Notes: generated from the sequence alone by a model not told the origin. A stretch of 64,000 nt of DNA from an uncultured Acidobacteriota bacterium (GCA_963720545.1 OY970399.1:1472001-1536000), one strand, 5' to 3'; positions 30,513-40,571 are shown, counted from the stretch's first letter. Numbers and translations are program-made.

Positions 30513-33350
30513 CTAGAACGCGAGGCCAGCGTTGAGGTAGAAGCGGCTGCCTGCGAATGGGCCCGCGGAACCCTTGCGCAGCGGCACCGCGTAGCCGCCG
30601 GCAAGCGTCATCGGCACGATGTGGAACACCATGAGGTCTGCGCCGATCTGCGCGCCGGCCGAGACGGCGGCATCGTGCCAGTCGAAGTCGGCCGGCACGC
30701 TGACGGGAAAGCCGTGCCACGCGATCGCGGAATCGAGGAAGGCCGCGGCGTGGATGTGGCGCACGAATATCGGCAACGAACGGATGCCGCGTTGCGGGTG
30801 CGCGAGCGGCACGCGCAGTTCGGCGTTGGCGTAGGCCAGGTCCCTTCCGGTGAGGGCGCCACCGTCGAAGCCGCGCAGCACCGAAGGGCGTACGCGGCCG
30901 ACGTCGAACAAGCCGGCGTCCACGAAGCCGCCGGCTGCGAACGAGTCGAAGAAGCGTGGCTCGCCGAAGGTGGTGCCGGCACCGGCCGTCATTGCCAAAA
31001 CCGCGTTCCCCGCGACGCGTGCGTACCCGCGCAAGTCGGCGTTGAGCCGCGTGAGCGACAGGTCGCTGCCGAAGGCGCGCGCCTCGTGCAGCACCGACAC
31101 CTGGGCCTGCACTCCGTCCTGCGCCGAGATCGACCACGGATAGCGCTTCAGGCTCGTGTAAACGAGGTTCGCGGCGAGTCCGCCAAGCCTCACGGAGCGC
31201 TCGGTCGAGTCGATGACGCTCTGGCGTTCGCCGCGCAGGCCCGCGGTGATGGCGGTTTCCCAGCGCACGCGGCGCACGATCGGCGTGGTTGCCCGGACGC
31301 TGAGCGACCGGGTGCGGACGGATGTGTTCGCGACGATGCCGCTGCCGCTGGTGTCGTCTTCGGCCACGAGCAGGATTGTCGGGCGCCACCGGTCGTAGCG
31401 GTAGAAGCCGCGTGCGCCGAAGCGTTCGGTTTCGAAGCCGCGGTGCACCTCGATGCCGTAGGCGTGGCGCAGCAGCGGATCGGCGGCTGCCGTGAGGGCG
31501 CCGACCTTCCATTCGCCGTCGTCGACCTCCACGAACGGGCTCCAGAAGCGCGGCAGCAGCTCGTGGAACGGCCGGTACGGCGCTGTCCGTGCCTCGCTCG
31601 ACGGGTCTGCGCGCGATACGGCGTAGGTGTCCGCGAACTCCGGCGCAGGCTGGCCGCGCGTGAACGCCGTGGTCTCGATGTCGTAGCCCGCGCCGCTGTA
31701 GCCGGCGAAGACCAGTGTCTTGCCATCGGGCGAGATGCCCGGCGAGAAAGCGCCGCCCACGACGTTCGTGACCCGCTGCAGCGGGCCTCCCGTCACCGCG
31801 ACCTTGTAGATGTTGGGAACGCCGTCGCGGCTGGAGCGGAACACGACCTCGCTGCCGTCGGGAGTGAAGCTGGGCTCGACATCCTGCGCTCGGTCGTTGG
31901 TCAGGGTTTTCATCGCGCCGCTCGCAAGGTCGAGAAGCACGATGTCGAGCAGGCTGCCCGGGCTCCAGCGGGCGGCCACCAATGAGCGGCCGTCGGGACT
32001 CGCGCGCGGCGCGCTCCACCTCGTTGCCGGCGGCGAGTCGGTGACTTCGATGATGGCGCCGCCGGTCATCGCGATGGCACCGATCTCGGTGCGGTCGGCG
32101 TGGCGGTGCGCGAAGAATACGGTGTGGCCGTCGGCTGACACGTCCGGAGTGCTGGCACGCACGCCGCGCGTCAGCAAGGTCACGCGCCCGCTCGCGATTT
32201 CGACCCTGCGCAGGTCCGAGCGGTGCTCGAACGTGCCCGCGACTTCGGTCTCGTCGAAGACCAGGAAACGGCCGTCGGGGGTGAACGAGAGGCTGCTGCC
32301 GCCGTTGCGCGCGCAGATGCGGCGGTCCCCTGTGCCGTCGATGCCGACCATGCGAATTTCCGGAAAGCGGTCGAGCGTGGCGCTGGTGTAGGCAACCTGG
32401 GTGCCGTCGGGGCTGACGCGCGGACCTTCCTGACGGATGCCGCGCGTCGTCAGTGCTCGCGCCTCGGTCTGGCCCTCGGCCGCGACCTTGGTGCGCAAGG
32501 CGTTCGCGGCTGCTCGTTCTTCGTCGACCCAATCGCGCCACGCGGCGCCGAACGATTGGCCGGTGACGTTCTTCGCGGTGAGGTCGTCGAAATACGGCAC
32601 GACCCGCCGCGACTGTTTCCTTGCCAGTGCCGGCAGCGTCGCTTCGCCGTAGCGGGCGGTTTCGTAGCGCAGGAACGCTTCGCCGTAAAAATACGGTGCA
32701 AGGCCGCCTGGCCAGGCGTCCAGGCCCAGGACGGCCTGGTCCTTGAGCGGCGGTTTGCCTTCGAGGATGGCGCCGCGCACCAGCATTGCCGAGTCGGGGC
32801 TGCGGCCGCGGCCGAACGCGGTCGCCGCGGTTTCCTCGTAGGTCGCGAGGCCCTCGATCATCCAGGTCGGCGTCAGCGTGTTGGGAAACAGGAACGGCGC
32901 GCGGCCGAAGACCTTGCGGCCAAAGCGGAGAACGCCGTTCGCTTCCTCGAGGTGCACTGTATGCGCGAGTTCGTGGGTGAGGATCTGCCGCAGCCAGGTT
33001 TCGTAGTTGCCGAACTCATCGCTGCCGTCAGGCGCGGCGGCACGGATCCAGACCAGTGGATAAGGCAGCGGCGAGGCGAAGCCGTTCGGATCGTCTTCGC
33101 CGTCGGCGAGTACGACCTGCACGCGCGGCATGGCGACACCGTAGCGGGCGCTGTGCCGCGCCAGGATTTCGTCGGCGAGGGCCGAGGCGCTCGCGGCCAT
33201 GGCCTCGAGGCCCTGGTGGAAGTGCACGGTGGCGCGGGCGCCGACCAGGCTCTTGAACGCGAAGCGTGGCGGCAGCGACGCCGCGCGCACGACGCCTGCA
33301 GCCGGCGCGATCGCAATCAGGAGCAGCAGGGCGAGCGCGCACCGACGCAT
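30513..33350 (-). CDS. outer-membrane protein: zincin domain + TolB/PD40 propeller + Omp85-like barrel
   Basis: Signal peptide, HELAH and EGLATYEE, repeated (S/T)PDG units, LRGF and terminal Phe. Confidence 0.78.
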   Translation of the reverse strand: MRRCALALLLLIAIAPAAGVVRAASLPPRFAFKSLVGARATVHFHQGLEAMAASASALADEILARHSARYGVAMPRVQVVLADGEDDPNGFASPLPYPLVWIRAAAPDGSDEFGNYETWLRQILTHELAHTVHLEEANGVLRFGRKVFGRAPFLFPNTLTPTWMIEGLATYEETAATAFGRGRSPDSAMLVRGAILEGKPPLKDQAVLGLDAWPGGLAPYFYGEAFLRYETARYGEATLPALARKQSRRVVPYFDDLTAKNVTGQSFGAAWRDWVDEERAAANALRTKVAAEGQTEARALTTRGIRQEGPRVSPDGTQVAYTSATLDRFPEIRMVGIDGTGDRRICARNGGSSLSFTPDGRFLVFDETEVAGTFEHRSDLRRVEIASGRVTLLTRGVRASTPDVSADGHTVFFAHRHADRTEIGAIAMTGGAIIEVTDSPPATRWSAPRASPDGRSLVAARWSPGSLLDIVLLDLASGAMKTLTNDRAQDVEPSFTPDGSEVVFRSSRDGVPNIYKVAVTGGPLQRVTNVVGGAFSPGISPDGKTLVFAGYSGAGYDIETTAFTRGQPAPEFADTYAVSRADPSSEARTAPYRPFHELLPRFWSPFVEVDDGEWKVGALTAAADPLLRHAYGIEVHRGFETERFGARGFYRYDRWRPTILLVAEDDTSGSGIVANTSVRTRSLSVRATTPIVRRVRWETAITAGLRGERQSVIDSTERSVRLGGLAANLVYTSLKRYPWSISAQDGVQAQVSVLHEARAFGSDLSLTRLNADLRGYARVAGNAVLAMTAGAGTTFGEPRFFDSFAAGGFVDAGLFDVGRVRPSVLRGFDGGALTGRDLAYANAELRVPLAHPQRGIRSLPIFVRHIHAAAFLDSAIAWHGFPVSVPADFDWHDAAVSAGAQIGADLMVFHIVPMTLAGGYAVPLRKGSAGPFAGSRFYLNAGLAF

Positions 33351-33373
33351 TGCGGGCAGGTTAGCATGGCGAC

Positions 33374-34276
33374 ATGAGCAGCCTCCGCGCACTCGCAGCC
33401 GCAGCAGCGGTGCTGGCTGCAGCGCCGGTGTCCGCGGCGGATTCCTGGCGCCAGTCGGTCGAGACGTTTCGCGCCGAGCGCGAAGCCGGGCTGCGTCAGG
33501 ACGGTTCGTGGCTCACGCTCATCGGCCTTCACTGGCTCTCCCCGGGCGACACGACCTTCGGCAGCGGTGCGGGCAGCGCCCTGCGTTTGCCCGCATCGGC
33601 AGCGCCGCCTGCGGCGGGCCGGTTCACGCTGGCGAACGGCGCGGTGCGCGCATTTTTGGCAGCCGAGGCCCACGCCACGGTTGGTGGCCGCGCAGTCACC
33701 GAGACGGCGATGGCACCGGACAGCAGCGGCGCGCCGACGATCCTCAGGCTGGGCAGCGTGACGATGCAGGTGATCGAGCGCGGCGGCAAGCTCGCGGTGC
33801 GGGTGAAGGACGACGCCAGCGCCACGCGCAGCGCGTTCCAGGGCCTGCACTGGTTTCCTGTCGAGGAGCGCTATCGAGTCGTGGCACGGTTCGTGCCGCT
33901 GGAGCCGCACGCCACCATCAAGATCGCGAACATCACGGGCCAGGTGAACGACATGGAGAGCCCGGGATTCGCCGAGTTCGAGTGGCAGGGCAGGACTCAC
34001 CGGCTGCAGCCCGTCTACGAGGCCGCCGGCGACCAACAGCTCTTCTACATCTTCAAGGACCTGACCGCCGGCAAGCAGACGTACGGCGCGGGCCGCTTCC
34101 TTTACTCGGACCTGCCGAAGGACGGCACGGTGGTCCTCGACTTCAACAAGGCCTACAGCCCGCCGTGCGCCTTCACTAACTTTGCCACCTGCCCGCTGCC
34201 GCCGAAACAGAATCGCCTGCCGTTCGCCGTCGAAGCCGGCGAACTCGATCCGCATCCACAAGAAAGGAAGCCATGA
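33374..34276 (+). CDS. DUF1684 family secreted protein
   Basis: WLTLIGLHWL, F.D.T.G..TYGAGRFLY, LDFNKAY.PPCAFT.FATCPLPP..N.L. Confidence 0.88.
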   Translation: MSSLRALAAAAAVLAAAPVSAADSWRQSVETFRAEREAGLRQDGSWLTLIGLHWLSPGDTTFGSGAGSALRLPASAAPPAAGRFTLANGAVRAFLAAEAHATVGGRAVTETAMAPDSSGAPTILRLGSVTMQVIERGGKLAVRVKDDASATRSAFQGLHWFPVEERYRVVARFVPLEPHATIKIANITGQVNDMESPGFAEFEWQGRTHRLQPVYEAAGDQQLFYIFKDLTAGKQTYGAGRFLYSDLPKDGTVVLDFNKAYSPPCAFTNFATCPLPPKQNRLPFAVEAGELDPHPQERKP

Positions 34277-35553
34277 CCTTCTCCCGCCGCGACCTGCTGC
34301 TGACGTCATCGACCGCCGCCTTCGGCTCGCTTCTCGCCGACGGCCGCCGCCCGGCGTTCGCCGGCGACGACGCAGCGGCGCCGCTGCCCGCGCCGATCGC
34401 GGCACTGCAGCCGCGGCTCGACGGCGTGCAGCCGATCTCGCTGGACGAGCGCAAGGCGCGCATCGCGAAGGCGCAGGAGCTGATGGCGAAGCAGGGCCTC
34501 GACGCCATCGTCATCGCCTCGGGCACCGCGCTGCGCTATTTCACCGGCGCCTCGTGGGGACTGTCGGAGCGCCTCTTCTGTGTGGTCATCCCCCGCTCCG
34601 GCGAACCGGGCTGGGTGACGCCGGCGTTCGAGAAGCTGCGCGCCATGGAGCAGATCCAGATCGGTGCCGACGTGCGCGCGTGGAACGAGGACGAATCGCC
34701 CTACGCGCTGGTGGCGGCGATCCTCAAGGATCGCAGCGCCGCGGGGCGGGTCGGCATCGAGGAGACCATGCCGTTCGTGTTCGCCACCGAGATCGGCAAG
34801 GCGTCGCCGGCCTCACGCCTTGAGAGCGCCACGCCGGTGACGGCCGGCTGCCGCATGATCAAGGACGCCCACGAGGTGGCGCTGATGCGCCGCGCCTGCG
34901 AGATCACGGTGCTGGCGCACGCGGCAGTGTTCGCCTCGCTGCGCGAGGGCATGAGCCGTGACCAGGTGGCGGAGCTGTCGCAGGCGGCGCACCGCAAGCT
35001 CGGCGTCGGCGGCGGCGCCCTGGTGCTGTTCGGCCCGGATGCTGCTTTTCCGCATGGCACCACCAAACCGCAGCCATTGAAGAAGGGCGACATGGTCCTG
35101 CTCGACGGCGGCTGTTCGCTCGAGGGCTACAGCAGCGACATCACCCGCACCGGCATCTTCGGCGCTCAGCCGACCGAGCGCCAGCAGCTCGTCTGGGACA
35201 CGGTGCGCGCGGCGCAGGATGCCGCGTTCAAGGCGGCGAAGCCGGGCGTCGAGTGCCAGGCGGTGGACGCCGCGGCGCGCGCTGTCATCACCAAGGCGGG
35301 CTTTGGCGAGAACTACAAGGGCATGGGCCACCGCGTCGGCCACGGCATCGGCATGGACGGCCACGAGTGGACCTACCTGGTGCGCGGCAACAAGACGCTG
35401 CTGCAGCCCGGCATGTGCTTCAGCGACGAGCCGGGCATCTACATCCCCGGCGAAATCGGCGTCCGCCACGAGGACATCATCCACATCACGCCGGGCGGCG
35501 CCGAGAACCTCACCGCCTGGACGAAGAGCCCGCAGGAGCCGGCGGTCCTCTAG
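34273..35553 (+). CDS. Xaa-Pro (M24) peptidase with Tat signal
   Basis: SRRDLL, PHG, D.G..Y.SDITRT, HR.GHGIG.DGHE, EPGIY, RHED. Confidence 0.9.
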   Translation: MTFSRRDLLLTSSTAAFGSLLADGRRPAFAGDDAAAPLPAPIAALQPRLDGVQPISLDERKARIAKAQELMAKQGLDAIVIASGTALRYFTGASWGLSERLFCVVIPRSGEPGWVTPAFEKLRAMEQIQIGADVRAWNEDESPYALVAAILKDRSAAGRVGIEETMPFVFATEIGKASPASRLESATPVTAGCRMIKDAHEVALMRRACEITVLAHAAVFASLREGMSRDQVAELSQAAHRKLGVGGGALVLFGPDAAFPHGTTKPQPLKKGDMVLLDGGCSLEGYSSDITRTGIFGAQPTERQQLVWDTVRAAQDAAFKAAKPGVECQAVDAAARAVITKAGFGENYKGMGHRVGHGIGMDGHEWTYLVRGNKTLLQPGMCFSDEPGIYIPGEIGVRHEDIIHITPGGAENLTAWTKSPQEPAVL

Positions 35554-35564
35554 GGCGGCGTCGT

Positions 35565-37991
35565 TTACTCGCTGCGCAGCGCCTGCACCGGGTCGAGCTG
35601 CGTGGCGCGCCGCGCCGGCACGAAGCACGCGGCGATGCCGGCAGCGAACAGCACCGCCACCACCGCGGCCAGCGTGGCCGGGTCGCGCGGCGACACGCCG
35701 ATCATCTGGCTCGCGATCACGCGCGCGATGGCGAGCGTTGCCACGAGCCCCAGCGACACGCCGATCGCCACCAGGCGCAGCCCCTTGCTCATCACCAGGC
35801 GCAGCACGTCGGCGCGCTGCGCGCCGATCGCGACGCGGATGCCGATCTCGCGCGTCTGCCGTGCGATGGCGTAAGCGATGACGCTGTACACGCCGACAGT
35901 GACGAGCACCAGCCCGACCGCGGCGAACAGCCCCATGAGCAGCATGCCGAAGCGCGGGCCGGCGTAGCTGAACTCCCCGAGATAACTTTCGAGAGTGCGG
36001 ACCGGGGTCACCGCGGCGGCCGCGTTCGTGCCCCAGATCTCGCGCCGTACGGCGGCAGCGAGCGCCATCGGCTCGCCGGTGGTGCGCACCAGGATGCCGC
36101 GATCCCCCGCTCCCGTAATGGTGTACGGCAGCCACACCTCGGGTTGTATCGGCTCCTGCAATCCGCGGTTCCGGGCGTCGGCGACGACGCCGACGATCTC
36201 GAACGTCGGCTCGGCAACGGGATCGGGAATGGTGGCAAGGATCGGCAGGCGGAAATTGCGGCCGAGAGGATCGTCCTTGCCAAAGTACTTGTCGGCAAAC
36301 GTCTTGTTCACCACCGCCAGGCGCCGCTTCGCGTTCACCTCGCCGGCGTCGAACATCCGGCCCGCCAGCATTCGCATGCGCAGCAGCCGCAGGTAGTCCT
36401 CGCTCACCAACTGGAACTGCGCCGTGCGCCTGTCGTCCGCAACCTGCCCCGCGATCTCGACCTTGTCGTTGAACCCGCCGTAGACCGGCAGGTTGCTGCA
36501 CTCGGCCGCGTCCTCGACCCCCGGCAGGGCTTTCAGCCGGTCGAGCAGCGGCCGGTAGAACGACGCGAGCTGGTCGCCGGTGTGATAGCGCTCGGCCGGC
36601 AGCGGCAGGCGGGTGTTGAGGATGTGGGTCGGGTCGATGCCGAGCCGCACGTCGCGCAGCACGGCAAAGCTGCGCATCAGCAGCCCGGCGCCGACCAGCA
36701 GCGTGAGCGAAACCGCGACCTCGGCCACCACGATGGCGTCGCGGGTGCGTCCGCTGCGAAAGCCGCCGCCCGCGCCCTTGCTGCCGTCGCGCAGCGGGCT
36801 GTTGAGGTCGCGGCGCGCCAGCTGCAGCGCCGGCACCAGGCCGAAGATGAGCGCCGTCGCCATCGCCACCAGCAGCGTGAACAGCAGCACCGGGCCGTTC
36901 AGGCGGATCGACGATTCGGCGGGAATGATGCTGGGCGGAATGAACGCGATCATCAGCTTCAGGCCGCTCCAGGCGAAGAGCGCGCCGAGGAGCGCGCCGC
37001 CGAGCGCCAGCAGCAGGCTCTCGACGAACAACTGGCGGATGAGGCGGCCGCGGCCCGCGCCGAGCGCCGAGCGCACCGCGATCTCCTTCTCGCGCACGGC
37101 CGCTCGCGCCAGCAACAGGTTCGCGACGTTGGCGCAGGCGATGAGGAGCAGCAGCCCGACCGCGGCGAGCACCACGTAGAGGGTGGCGCGGAAGTCGCCC
37201 ACCACCTGCTCGGCCAGCGATTCGAGGCGCACGCTGAACTGCTTCGGATACTCGCGCGGCAGGTCTTTGGCGAGGCGTTGGGCCACCGGGTTCAGCCGCG
37301 TCTCGGCTTCCGCGATGCTCACTTCCGGACGCAGCCGGCCGACGACGTACCAGTACTTCGGCAGCTCGGTCATCATCGGCGCCACCGCGACCGCCGGCTT
37401 GCCCGGAATCCACAGGTCGGCATTCCCCCACGCGAAGCGCGGCGGCATGATGCCGATGAGGGTGCGCGCGGTGCCGCTCAGCATGAACGTCTTGTTGAGG
37501 ATGGCTTTATCGGCGTTGAAGCGGCTGACCCACAACTTGTGGCGCATGACGAACACCGGCGGCGCGCCCGGCTCGTAATCGGAGGGCACCATCGCCCGGC
37601 CGTACATCGCCTGCATGCCGAAGAACTCGAAGGTGCCGGGGTTCACGACGTAGCCGTTCAGCGGCTCGGTGCCTTCGTCGGTGCGGTACAGGATGTCCTG
37701 TTGCAGCATCGCGGCGAGGCCGTCGAACACCTGGTCCTGCGCCCCCCACGCAAGCACCTCGGGGCCTTGATACATCGGCCGGCCGCCGCGCTGGCTCTCC
37801 TCGTCGTCGTGGATCGCGATCGCGTACAGTCGATCGGCGCCCTTGTAAGGGAACGGCGTCATCAACACGTTCTGGATGACGCTGTAGATCGCTGTCGAGG
37901 CGCCGATGCCGAGCGCCAGGGTGAGAATGGCCGCGGCGGTGAAGGCGCGGCTTTTGGCGAGCGAGCGAAGGCCGTAGCGGAGGTCTGGCAT
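35565..37991 (-). CDS. ADOP-type duplicated MacB/FtsX ABC permease (no adjacent ATPase)
   Basis: DLRYGLR..LTLALGIGA, LLIACANVANLLLAR, REIGIRVAIGA, PARRA..DP..ALR.E. Confidence 0.9.
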   Translation of the reverse strand: MPDLRYGLRSLAKSRAFTAAAILTLALGIGASTAIYSVIQNVLMTPFPYKGADRLYAIAIHDDEESQRGGRPMYQGPEVLAWGAQDQVFDGLAAMLQQDILYRTDEGTEPLNGYVVNPGTFEFFGMQAMYGRAMVPSDYEPGAPPVFVMRHKLWVSRFNADKAILNKTFMLSGTARTLIGIMPPRFAWGNADLWIPGKPAVAVAPMMTELPKYWYVVGRLRPEVSIAEAETRLNPVAQRLAKDLPREYPKQFSVRLESLAEQVVGDFRATLYVVLAAVGLLLLIACANVANLLLARAAVREKEIAVRSALGAGRGRLIRQLFVESLLLALGGALLGALFAWSGLKLMIAFIPPSIIPAESSIRLNGPVLLFTLLVAMATALIFGLVPALQLARRDLNSPLRDGSKGAGGGFRSGRTRDAIVVAEVAVSLTLLVGAGLLMRSFAVLRDVRLGIDPTHILNTRLPLPAERYHTGDQLASFYRPLLDRLKALPGVEDAAECSNLPVYGGFNDKVEIAGQVADDRRTAQFQLVSEDYLRLLRMRMLAGRMFDAGEVNAKRRLAVVNKTFADKYFGKDDPLGRNFRLPILATIPDPVAEPTFEIVGVVADARNRGLQEPIQPEVWLPYTITGAGDRGILVRTTGEPMALAAAVRREIWGTNAAAAVTPVRTLESYLGEFSYAGPRFGMLLMGLFAAVGLVLVTVGVYSVIAYAIARQTREIGIRVAIGAQRADVLRLVMSKGLRLVAIGVSLGLVATLAIARVIASQMIGVSPRDPATLAAVVAVLFAAGIAACFVPARRATQLDPVQALRSE

Positions 37992-38096
37992 GACACTTAG
38001 ACGTCGCCGCGGGTCGCCAGGTTTCAATTCAATTCGCCGTGCGCCGCGTTGCTGGCTGTTGCACTGCGGCGCGGCGCGGTTCAAACTTCCGTCACC

Positions 38097-39497
38097 TTGA
38101 ACCGCCGCGCCTTCCTCGGGGCCAGCCTCGCCGCGCCTGCCGTCCTGTCTCGTTGTTCGCTGTCGGCACCGCCGCGCGCGCCGCAGGCGCCGCCGCTGCC
38201 CGGCACCACGGCCGGCCACCACTTCCAGAACTGGGCCGAGACCATCTCGTGCCGGCCGGCGAGCTTCGCCCAGCCGGCTTCGATCGACGAGCTGGCCGAG
38301 CTCGTCAAAGCCGCCGGACGCGCCGGCAAGGTCGTCCGCACCTACGGCGCCGGCCATTCGTGGGCGCCGCTGGTGCTGAGCAACGACGTGCAGGTGAACC
38401 TCGACCGGATGCAGAACGTCGTCGCCGTCGATGCCGCCGCCAGGCGGGTGACGGTGCAGGCCGGCGCGCGTTTCAGCAAGCTGTTGCGCGACCTGGACGC
38501 GCCGCGGCTCGCGCTGCCGAACCTGGGCTCGATCACCCAGCAGTCGCTCGCCGGCGCCACCGCCACCGGCACTCACGGCACCGGGATCGGGCTGCAGAAC
38601 CTGTCGATGATGATCGTCGGCGCGAAGCTGGTGACCGGCAAGGGCGAGGTCGTGGAAGTGACCGATCCGGAGCGCCTGCGCGCTCTGCGCATCAGCGTCG
38701 GCGCTCTCGGCATCCTCGCCGAAGTGACGCTGCAACTCGTCGACCACTACAACCTCACGACCACCGCGTACTGGAGCGACTTCGACTCGGTCGTCGACAA
38801 CCTGCCGGAGCTGGTCGCGAACAACGAGCGCCTGCGGCTGTGGTGGATCGTCTGGGAATTCGGCAACCGCCAGCAGATGATCGTCACCACCATGAACCGC
38901 AGCGGCTCGTGGATTCCCGGCGAAGCGCAGCCCGCCACCAAAGTCGGCCGCGGGCAGCTTTCCCAGGAAAGCGCCAACCTGATGAAGAAGCGTCCCAAAG
39001 TGCTGGCGGGCAGGTTCCACATGTTCAACGAGCAGGAGAACGTCGACTACCGCGAGGCGCTGTTCGTGCCGCTGCTGAAGGTGATCCACCGCGAGTGCGA
39101 GTACGCGATTCCCGCGGCCCGCGCGCAGGAGGCGCTGCGCAACTGCCGCAGGTATTTCGACGAGGGCGATGTCAGCCTCAAGATGCCGGTCGAGGTGCGC
39201 TGGGTTGCGAAGGACGACAGCTACCTGAGCCCGACGGGCAACACCGAGGGCGGCGTCTGCTACATCGGCATCTCCGCCGGCCCCAACGCGCTCGAGGTGT
39301 TCCAGTGGTTCGAGCCGATGATGCGCCGCCTCGGCGGCCGCCCGCATTGGGGCAAGTACTACACGCTCAACCGCTACTACATGAAGGAGCTCTATCCGGA
39401 CACGCTCGACAAGTTCGTGGCCCTGCGCAACGAGTGGGATCCGCAGGGCATCTTCTCGAACCAGTTGATGCGGCAGCTCTTCGGCGAGCCCGCCTAG
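38097..39497 (+). CDS. FAD-linked aldonolactone oxidase family protein with Tat signal
   Basis: NRRAFL, NWA, GAGHSW, ATGTHGTG, EYAIP, PVEVR, GRPHWGK, DP.G.F.N; TTG 38097 downstream of TTGCAC-N17-CAAACT. Confidence 0.85.
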   Translation: MNRRAFLGASLAAPAVLSRCSLSAPPRAPQAPPLPGTTAGHHFQNWAETISCRPASFAQPASIDELAELVKAAGRAGKVVRTYGAGHSWAPLVLSNDVQVNLDRMQNVVAVDAAARRVTVQAGARFSKLLRDLDAPRLALPNLGSITQQSLAGATATGTHGTGIGLQNLSMMIVGAKLVTGKGEVVEVTDPERLRALRISVGALGILAEVTLQLVDHYNLTTTAYWSDFDSVVDNLPELVANNERLRLWWIVWEFGNRQQMIVTTMNRSGSWIPGEAQPATKVGRGQLSQESANLMKKRPKVLAGRFHMFNEQENVDYREALFVPLLKVIHRECEYAIPAARAQEALRNCRRYFDEGDVSLKMPVEVRWVAKDDSYLSPTGNTEGGVCYIGISAGPNALEVFQWFEPMMRRLGGRPHWGKYYTLNRYYMKELYPDTLDKFVALRNEWDPQGIFSNQLMRQLFGEPA

Positions 39498-40534
39498 CGA
39501 GGCTCCTTGCCGTTGCGCACGGCCACCACCTGCGCCATCACGGCGAGGGCGATCTCTTCGGGTGAGCGGCCGCCGAGATCGAGCCCGATGGGTGCGCGCA
39601 AGCGTGCCAGCTGCTCCTCGGAAACGCCGTCCGCCAGCAGGCGCGCGCGCCGCTTTTCCTGGGTCTTGCGGCTGCCGAGCGCGCCAACGTAGAAAGCCGC
39701 GCTACGCAGCGCCACGCCGAGTGCAGGGTCGTCGAGCTTGGGATCGTGGGTCAGCACCGCCACCGCTGTAGTCGTGGAGAGACTGAGCGCATGCAGGGCC
39801 TCGTCCGGCCACTCCATCATCAGTCGGCCGACGTGCGGGAAACGCCCGGCGCTGCCGAACGCCGCGCGCGGGTCGATCACCACCGTTCGGTAGCCGAGCG
39901 CGCGGGCGATGGCATCGAGCGCCACGGCGATGTGCACGCCGCCGACCATCACCAGCGTCGGCGCGGGAGCGAGGACGTCTATGAAGGCCTCGGCGCCGTC
40001 CGTTCCTTCGAGAGCGGCGACCCCGCTGTGGCCCGTACTGAGCGCCGCCTCGGCCGCACGCCGCGCAGCACGGTCGAGTGCCGGCTCGCCCAGCGTTCCC
40101 GCGGTGGCGCCTTCGTCGGCGCCTTCGAGAACGACCATGCGCCGCAGCGAGGGCGTGAAATGCGTGACCACCGCGAGCGACTGGCCCTGGTCGAGGGCGC
40201 GGTGCGTCAGGTCGAACGCGGCTTCGTCGAGCGGCTCCACCGCAACCTCGATCGCGCCCCCGCACGCGAGGCCCACGGCCCAGGCACTCTCATCGGCCAC
40301 GCCGAAGCGGACGCGCTCGGCGCTGCCTGTTTTCAGGACGCGCGCCGCGATCTCGGCCACCGCGCCCTCGACGCAGCCGCCGCTCACCGAGCCCGCCACC
40401 CTGCCGTCGGCGGCGATCGCCATCTTCGCGCCGGCCTGGCGCGGCGCCGATCCCCAGGTGGAAATGACGGTGGCAATCGCGACCGGAACGCCCTCGGAGC
40501 GAAAGCGCGCCACGTCGGGGAGAATGTCACGCAT
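39494..40534 (-). CDS. xdhC: XdhC/CoxF-family Moco insertion chaperone
   Basis: GSAPR..GA.M, GSVSGGCVEG, GLACGG, THDPKLD, YVGALGS, PIGLDLG...PEEIA. Confidence 0.9.
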   Translation of the reverse strand: MRDILPDVARFRSEGVPVAIATVISTWGSAPRQAGAKMAIAADGRVAGSVSGGCVEGAVAEIAARVLKTGSAERVRFGVADESAWAVGLACGGAIEVAVEPLDEAAFDLTHRALDQGQSLAVVTHFTPSLRRMVVLEGADEGATAGTLGEPALDRAARRAAEAALSTGHSGVAALEGTDGAEAFIDVLAPAPTLVMVGGVHIAVALDAIARALGYRTVVIDPRAAFGSAGRFPHVGRLMMEWPDEALHALSLSTTTAVAVLTHDPKLDDPALGVALRSAAFYVGALGSRKTQEKRRARLLADGVSEEQLARLRAPIGLDLGGRSPEEIALAVMAQVVAVRNGKEPR

Positions 40535-40571
40535 CGGGAGGTAGTGTACGCCGAAGAAAAAGGCGGCGACG

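Noticed and set aside
35253..38000. Long antisense or alternative-frame ORFs (also 3610-5325, 5279-7360, 29805-31985, 49786-51897 and others)
   Set aside because: They are shadows of real genes in high-GC DNA, with Arg/Ala/Gly-rich translations and no motifs.
35565..39347. Apparent giant or fused ORFs (1260 aa permease, 970 aa M28, 1135 aa ORF at 47915, 772 aa CoxE)
   Set aside because: The N-terminal extensions overlap other genuine genes; true starts lie downstream.
40537..40571. GGAGG followed by an in-frame ACG giving a TPKKK signal-peptide n-region for the hydrolase
   Set aside because: A non-canonical ACG start is possible, but the TAGTGT -10 at 40542-40547 would put the TSS downstream of it. 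TTG 40572 is retained; this cannot be resolved from sequence.
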